Shown here: positions 56,663 to 64,000 of the stretch, piece after piece
Layout of the letters: each line of letters starts with the position of its first letter
Numbering within the stretch: position 1 is the first letter of the stretch
Assembly (NCBI GenBank): GCA_964016885.1
Contig: OZ024740.1
Location: 388,554,001 to 388,618,000 of the forward strand
DNA: 64,000 nucleotides
Direction of reading: 5' to 3'
DNA from: Eledone cirrhosa
Lineage: Eukaryota
The notes under the pieces: model-generated
The model's database searches: none
What the model saw: only the letters and a program-made list of their open reading frames with translations
What the model was told of the DNA's origin: nothing
Program-made: the position numbers and the translations under genes

Positions 56663-57305
56663 AATTGTTTCCACTTTTGGCACAAGGCCAGCAATTATCC
56701 CAGTGCATTATTGGTACTTTATTTTATCGACCCCGTAAGGATGAAAGGCAAAGTTAACCTTGAAAGGCAAAGTTAAACTCAGAACATGGTACCTGGCGTT
56801 CTACCGATACTGCCAATCCTCCGCCCTACCTAATATAATTGTTTCTACTGTTTGGCACAAGGCCAGCAACTACACAGTACATTACTGGTACTTTATTTTA
56901 TCGACCCCGTAAGGATGAAAGGCAAAGTTAACCTCGGCGGGATTTGAACTCAGAATGGCAAGGGCCGTAACTCTATGCGTCAAAGCATGGCGTCCGACTC
57001 TCTACTGATACTGCCAGTTCTAGTAAATGATAGTCTAACTAAATTTCAGTCTAACTAAAATATGTATATTCCAGAGCAACAGCTGATTAATTAAGTGTAA
57101 CTAAGGGTATTAATAATGGATTTTGATTTAGCTACAAGGCCAACAATTTTGGAGGAGGGGAAAGACCATGAAATTGACTCCAATGCATTACTGGTACATT
57201 GTTTTATCGACTCCCTAAGGATGAAAGACAAAGCTAACCTCGGTGCGGTTTGAACTCAGACCATAAGGGGACGTAACTATGTGCTGAAAAGCATATTATC
57301 CGACG
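56663..57305 (-). mobile_element. Three SINE copies (56663-56826, 56837-57018, 57120-57305)
   Basis: Reverse-complement cores. TACCTAATATAAT is duplicated around the first copy. Confidence 0.85.
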
Positions 57306-57484
57306 TAGCTACGTCACTGGATTGTGAGAGTTTTCGTGGGAGTTACAGGGGTCACGCATTGCTCCATCTCCCCTAGTAGCTTATCGTTGTTGGTCCGGAG
57401 TTGCTTATTCGTCCTGTTCTCCGCTTATATCGTAACTAACCATCATATCGCTATCGCGACCCGTTCTCTAGCAGAACAGCTCTG
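57306..57484 (+). repeat. Unclassified interspersed repeat (copy 3)
   Basis: Aligns with 49605-49808. Confidence 0.7.
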
Positions 57485-58083
57485 TTTCAGAAAAAAAAAA
57501 CAGGTGATCGAATTTTAATTACATATGGTTTATTGAATTCTAAATCACATCTTTTGAAAGGTGAAATTTAGGAGCTCTAATTGTGTGTCAATGGAGCTTC
57601 AATGTTATCATAAGTATGTAGTGGTGAGCTGAAATCCACGAATAATGTTCCTCTTAAAGATTTGCATAATGCAAGAAGAAATAGTTAAGGTTTCAAACGA
57701 GTTGACATCCTGGGACAGAAGAAATGAGTGGTGAACTGCGTGAGGTGTGCTTTGTGAGAGGGAGTGATACAAGGGCATTAGGAGTGCCTAAGTGGGCTAG
57801 GGACTTGAACAGCCTAATATGAGGGCAAATATACCCATTTAATTACTGTAGAATAATTACGTCTGTGACCAATTATTGGAAAGTATTGGCAAGCATCATC
57901 ATGCCAGTTTGTCGTGTGGTTTTTAGTTTTGGGTGTTAGAGTTAAACCTTGGTGGGGTTGCCAGTTTAGTCGCCAACGACCCGACCATGAGACAGGTTGC
58001 ACTGGGATACATGTTACCAGTAGCACCAACTGGTGACCTGACATACATACATACATACATACATACATACATACATACATACA

Positions 58084-58117
<34 letters not shown>

Positions 58118-58363
58118 GGAAATTAGGAAATTACAAGTATAGTCCATTAATGGAACAGTAAAAATATGTAAAACATTCCAAACATTTTGCATCTAATAAC
58201 TGCATATACACATGTACAGATGCAAAGCATATACACATGCACACATACAACTCAAAACATACACATCCACACATACAATAACATCCATATCTACACATAC
58301 ATGCATAAATAATCTACCTAGTTGATGTGTAAATTCCAATGAGAGAGTCTTGTGTCTATGTTA

Positions 58364-59052
<689 letters not shown>

Positions 59053-59119
59053 TACATACATACATACATACATACATACATACATACATACATACATACA
59101 TACATACATACATACATAC

Positions 59120-60850
59120 ATACTAAAAGAACTGCAAGATACAAATAGAAAACTTACATTCATAGCAGTAAAGCTCAATAAACTACACAACCCTACACAT
59201 GATAGCAACAACGAGGACAACAGAAGAATAATCAATAATGAATTTAGCAATTATGTAATACAATGGAAAACATTTAATGAGCAGCAAAACAGAACAAGAA
59301 ACTTCACACAATATCAAAAAGAAAATCGGACACATTAGGAAAAAAAAAAATACTTAAAAATAAGAAAAATCACTTTTAGGTGTTAGTGAAAAATATTAAC
59401 AAAGCTGGAATCTATGAAAAGCTCTACCCCACTCATTTTACCGAGAAAATTACAAATAAAATCAATATCAAGGTTTTTATTTCAGTAAAATGAAGTTATC
59501 TCATCTGTGGCACTGGAATGCATACATGTTATTATGAAGAGGTTAAATATGAAGAATGTGAGAAAATACATCACCGAGACTAACACTTTATAAAGAAAAT
59601 TAACAAAACATGATCCATTGTAGAAACAGTCAAATCACCAAACCCAACACACCCAAACCACAATAATTCCCCTCAACCTAAAATATACTCAAACAACTAC
59701 AACAGAAATAACATACAAATTCACTACAGTATAGACAGCCAATCACAAACAAATTTCCCACAGAACCAAACTACAGAACAACAAAGGATGCCCCTAGAAT
59801 ATAAACCTTATGAATTTCAAAGAAATCCATTTAGTCCACATGTAATTCCAACAGAACCCACGCAGAAAAGCGACTATAACAGATACCCCACACTACACTA
59901 CAATAATTCCCACCAAAATCACACTACAAATCCATACAAAACAGACAAACAACAAACAACCGACGCAATCAAAATATTTTTTTAGCACATATACAGAAAT
60001 ATCAGGACACACGATGGCCTCTACACATGAGATACCGAAGGTAATCAATCTTTCAAAGGCATAATTGACAAACATCCACAGAGATATATTGAGTAAGGAA
60101 CTAAAATTTACCCCCACCTAACAAAAATCAAATTTTCCCCGAAATGAAAAATGCCATCACGGATTTCTGCCGAGAATTTATGCCAGCAGATTTATTTTTC
60201 TCCGATAACGATAATAATTGTTTCTACTTTTGGCACAAGGTCAGCAAATACCCAGTGCATTACTGGTACTTTATTTTATCGACCCCGTAAGAATGAAAGG
60301 CAAAGTTAACATCGGCGGGATTTGATCGATAATAATGAAAAAGAATCACTAGTTGAACATAAAAGTCACTTCTGTCCACAGAAAGGAATGAATAAAGTAC
60401 TAGACTCCTATTGTGAACACATGAATTTCCGCCTTGAAAAAAACTAGAAATATAAACATGAAATCAAATTTGTCAAAACATAAATGGAAGAACTTAATTG
60501 ATTTACAAAAAACACCGAAATCACCATTAAAGAAGCTGATAAAGGTTGTCATCCTGAATACAGATTACTATAAATATTTGATATCTAAAATGTTAGAAGA
60601 TAACAGTTACAATGAAAAATCACCCTGCTACAAAAGAATAAAAATAATGGAAAATCTTCTAAGAACCATAATGGACACGAAAGTATCCCCTATATACACC
60701 AAATTAGTCATGAGATTCTATGAACAAACATTTACAACCACATTCCACACACCAAGAAAACAACTAGAAAAGATACATGGCTGATTGCTTTATCTTATGA
60801 CAGGAAAACCTTGATATATTTACAGAATTCAAAAATATTATTAATAACCT
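59120..60850 (+). pseudogene. Decayed PLE (Neptune/Poseidon-type) 5' portion with internal deletion
   Basis: KVINLSK...ILSKELKFTPT, IKEADKG, TIMDTKVSPIYTKLVM, and a ryxDDCF-like trace near 60770-60790. SINE inserted at 60219-60326. Confidence 0.7.
60219..60326 (-). mobile_element. 5'-truncated SINE nested in the PLE, with target duplication
   Basis: CGATAATAAT on both sides. Confidence 0.85.
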
Positions 60851-60923
<73 letters not shown>

Positions 60924-60945
60924 ATAATAATAAAATTGAAGACTA

Positions 60946-60984
<39 letters not shown>

Positions 60985-61625
60985 GCGGGTGAACGACTAT
61001 ATATATTTACATTATATTCTATCGTCCCTATCATCGTCTTAAATACTGTAAACGTCGCTATCTTAGCTGTCATCGTTGTTAGTGTTGTTTTAGTCATGAT
61101 AACGTTGCCCCGGTTGACCTAAGTAGAGACTGAACAGAGATTATAAATCAAAACCTCTGAACTGCCTTTATCACCAGACATAACGACGCCTGTCTGTAAA
61201 CGAAATAACTAAAGAATACAGATGTACCGATGGACCATATACTGAGAGTAGCCACAGGCCAGTTAAAAATTAGAAAATTCTTAAAGACTAGAATAACCAA
61301 TCAGAAAACTAATACATAAACTACTAGAACTTAAGATACAGAAGATCCATGTGACGAACCACTTCACTACTGGATGGACCTGCATGACAACTACTGGATG
61401 GACCTGCATGACAACCGGCATATCACAATGATTGCATAACTGCACTCAAATCAAAATGATGAAGTCACATAAATAACCATGTAACAGAAATATATATAAT
61501 TCAATAAACCATTATGGTGATTTAATCCTGTCTTAACTACCATTATTTGATATAGATTCGATAAAATAAAGTACCAGTTATTGCTGGCCTTGTGCCAAAA
61601 GTAGAAACAATTATTTGATATATAG

Positions 61626-61813
61626 GGCGGTGAATTGGCAGTATCGGTAGAGGGTTGGACGCCATGCTTTCTAGCATAGTTACGTCCCTTTACAATCTGA
61701 GTTCAAATCCCGCCGAGGTTAACTTTGCCTTTCATCCTTATGGGGTCGATAAAATAAAGTACCAGTAATACACTGAGATAATTGCTGGCCTTGTGCCAAA
61801 AGTAGAAACAATT
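61626..61813 (+). mobile_element. tRNA-derived SINE, full length (reference copy)
   Basis: GGCGGTGAATTGGCAGTATCGG (A-box)...GAGTTCAAATCCC (B-box)...TTTGCCTTTCATCCTT..GGGGTCGATAAAATAAAGTACCAG...AGTAGAAACAATT. A short copy precedes it at 61556-61613. Confidence 0.9.
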
Positions 61814-61999
61814 ATTTTATATATATATATACATGTGTGTGTGTTTGTGTATGTCTGTGAGGCGGCGGGGGGGGGGGGATGCAATGACTGATCTTTTGTT
61901 TATTTTGAAGTCTTCTGTGTTCATGTGCCAAGTATCTTGACGATGACGATTATTTATGTTTTTTGTTGAACTTTACCGGTTTAAGCTGTGTTTACAGCC

Positions 62000-63490
62000 T
62001 TTACAGAAATCAGAAACAGCCATAGGGACAAAGGTGGCGCCAACCTATGCCAACCTAGTCATCGGATACCATAAATTACAAATTTACAATAAAACAGAAC
62101 AAATTTATGGGAATAATTTCGGCAACAGCTTCATATTGTCGTTGGAGAATCTTGACCAACTAAAGAAACTTCAATCCTCCATCATTGATATAAACCAGAA
62201 TATTTAATTTACAATGGATTTTAGCAATATAAAACTTCTATTTTTAGATATCCTGTTGACAAAAGGAAACAGAAACTTAGAAACTGACATATATTTCAAA
62301 CCTACTGATTCTTGGCATTACCTCATTTTTACATCTCATCCATCAGACATCCATACTAACATCCCTTTTAACTTAACCAAGCGAATCTGTACAATAACCT
62401 CAAACCCAACAACCACAGACGAAGTAAATGAAACAAATGCGTATCAAGAAAAAAATATCATCATAATTTAATCAGCAAAAGGGAAATCAAATCAACATCC
62501 AAACACTCCGAGAAACAAAACCGAATCAGGAAAAGGTCATACCATACATTTCAACTGTCAATCTGAAGAACACAGAGATATATAAACACACACAACTAAA
62601 CTATCTTACTAATGGACAAGAACATGAAAAACATCTTACAAAAACAGCCAATCATAAAAAGTAAGCGAGAACCAAAATCACGAAAGAAGATATTAACGAA
62701 TGTAAAACTGCAAACCGTTTTTTAAAATCCTCAAGATAGAAGGTGAAATCGACCCCACTGAGGAGTATGCAACTATATGCTAGAGGGTAATTAATGTAAT
62801 TTCAAAGACGGTCCCATCTTTATTGTCTTGCAAATCGAAGAATTTAATGTACACTATCACGTGTAAAGGCTACCACGAACATTATATTGCACAGACACTC
62901 CACTCTGAAAAGGAATAAACAGTTTACTGTCAACAAATCAAGGACAAACACACCAGAAATGTCCCTTTAAAGCAACATATAGAGGAATGAGGAGGAGGAA
63001 TTCTTCCAAATTTCTATATCTTTCCATTCTACAAGTGTAGTGAACATTTCACTCGGAGAAGGTGTATTAATAAAGAATGATTTTTAATAAGTAAATTGCA
63101 ACCAAATCTCAGGTTTTTATTCACTCAAAACAATTTTGTATTAAAAAGAAAAGCCTGAATCACATCCCTTTTAATGAATCATATTTTCCTCGATATGATC
63201 AACAAAGATAAAACCAGCTGCGCCCTTTGTGTTCAACAAGAACACAAGCGAACAACCACGTGACATAAACATAAACGAAAAACATTTTTCGAAAGACTAT
63301 AACGAAAATATTTTGGAAAAGGCTGTAAACACAGCTGAAACCGGTAAAATTAAACAAAATATATAATTAATCATCAATTTCACATAAACATAGAAACCTT
63401 CTAAACAACCAAAAGGGCAGTTATTGCATTTTTCAAACACAATTTTTTACTATAGCACGTGATTCATAAATAAACCCCTAACGTTTTAAT
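62000..63490 (+). pseudogene. Decayed PLE RT-thumb-GIY-YIG 3' portion with a degenerate hammerhead
   Basis: TAIGTKVAPTYANLVIG, FLDILL, ETDIYFKPTDSWHYL, SHP...NIPFNL, SKNLMYTITCKGYHEHYIAQT. Hammerhead relic ATTT-TGGAAAA-GGCTG..CAGCT-GAAACCGGTA-AAAT at 63310-63350. Confidence 0.8.
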
Positions 63491-63497
63491 TTTTACA

Positions 63498-63559
<62 letters not shown>

Positions 63560-63758
63560 GTATGTAGTTGACGAAAAAGAGTACTCAATACCGAAGTAAA
63601 GTTTAGATATTCCTTGATTATGCCTAGGTATTGTCTCGTTAAAAGGAGTTTCCTTTGCGTACTCGTAGGGATAGCTGACAAATCTTATCTGATGATCCAA
63701 GGAGTGCACATTTGAAATTTCAGAGTCATGACTCATTATTTAGCCATAGTAAAGGACC

Positions 63759-63828
<70 letters not shown>

Positions 63829-63859
63829 TACAGATTAATATATATAAATATATATATGT

Positions 63860-64000
63860 AAATAAAATAAGAGGAGGCTGGACTGGTGTAAATCCTTGAA
63901 ACCTTTCAAGGATTTGCACCAGTCCAGCCTCCTGTTATTTTATTTATAATTAACCCCGTATTCGCACCACCAACTACACAAACGAAGACGGGTGAACTAC
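63860..64000 (+). mobile_element. Short palindromic relative of the 26517 element, lacking the hammerhead
   Basis: ggaggctgg...aaatccttgaaa-cc-tttcaaggattt...ccagcctcc hairpin followed by the same tail (gcaccaccaactac...gacgg.tgaact). Confidence 0.8.

Noticed and set aside
61626-61715. tRNA gene (A/B boxes)
   Set aside because: Head of a multi-copy SINE with no complete cloverleaf
63689-63725. CTGATGA...GAAA motif (also CTGATGA at 4202 and 35620)
   Set aside because: No convincing stems I/II, and expected by chance in AT-rich DNA

Overview
AT-rich eukaryotic (animal) genomic DNA, almost entirely repeats. No host protein-coding exon, rRNA, tRNA gene or CRISPR array is supported. The dense (TA)n/(CA)n/(CATA)n tracts and the abundant tRNA-derived SINE resemble octopod cephalopod genomes, which is an inference. 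Recognisable transposons are: a near full-length Naiad-type Penelope-like element (PLE) with direct pseudo-LTRs (12862-17355); a 5'-truncated Naiad with an inverted pLTR (19972-24008); a decayed Neptune/Poseidon-type PLE (59120-63490); a Tx1/L1-clade LINE (40997-46300); a Chapaev3 DNA transposon (29438-31156); four non-autonomous Helitrons; two CRE-clade endonuclease fragments; and about 20 SINE copies. The most striking signal is at least 8 long palindromic or inverted-repeat cassettes of 0.1-4 kb, from several unrelated sequence families, sitting in (TA)n tracts. Most follow one plan: an inverted arm, a sense arm, then a short unique tail, with a minimal type I hammerhead ribozyme (CUGANGA...GAAA...NUH) pointing outwards in each arm. 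About a dozen hammerhead folds can be read by eye, some with compensatory base changes. All folds and family assignments were made by eye, without database searches.
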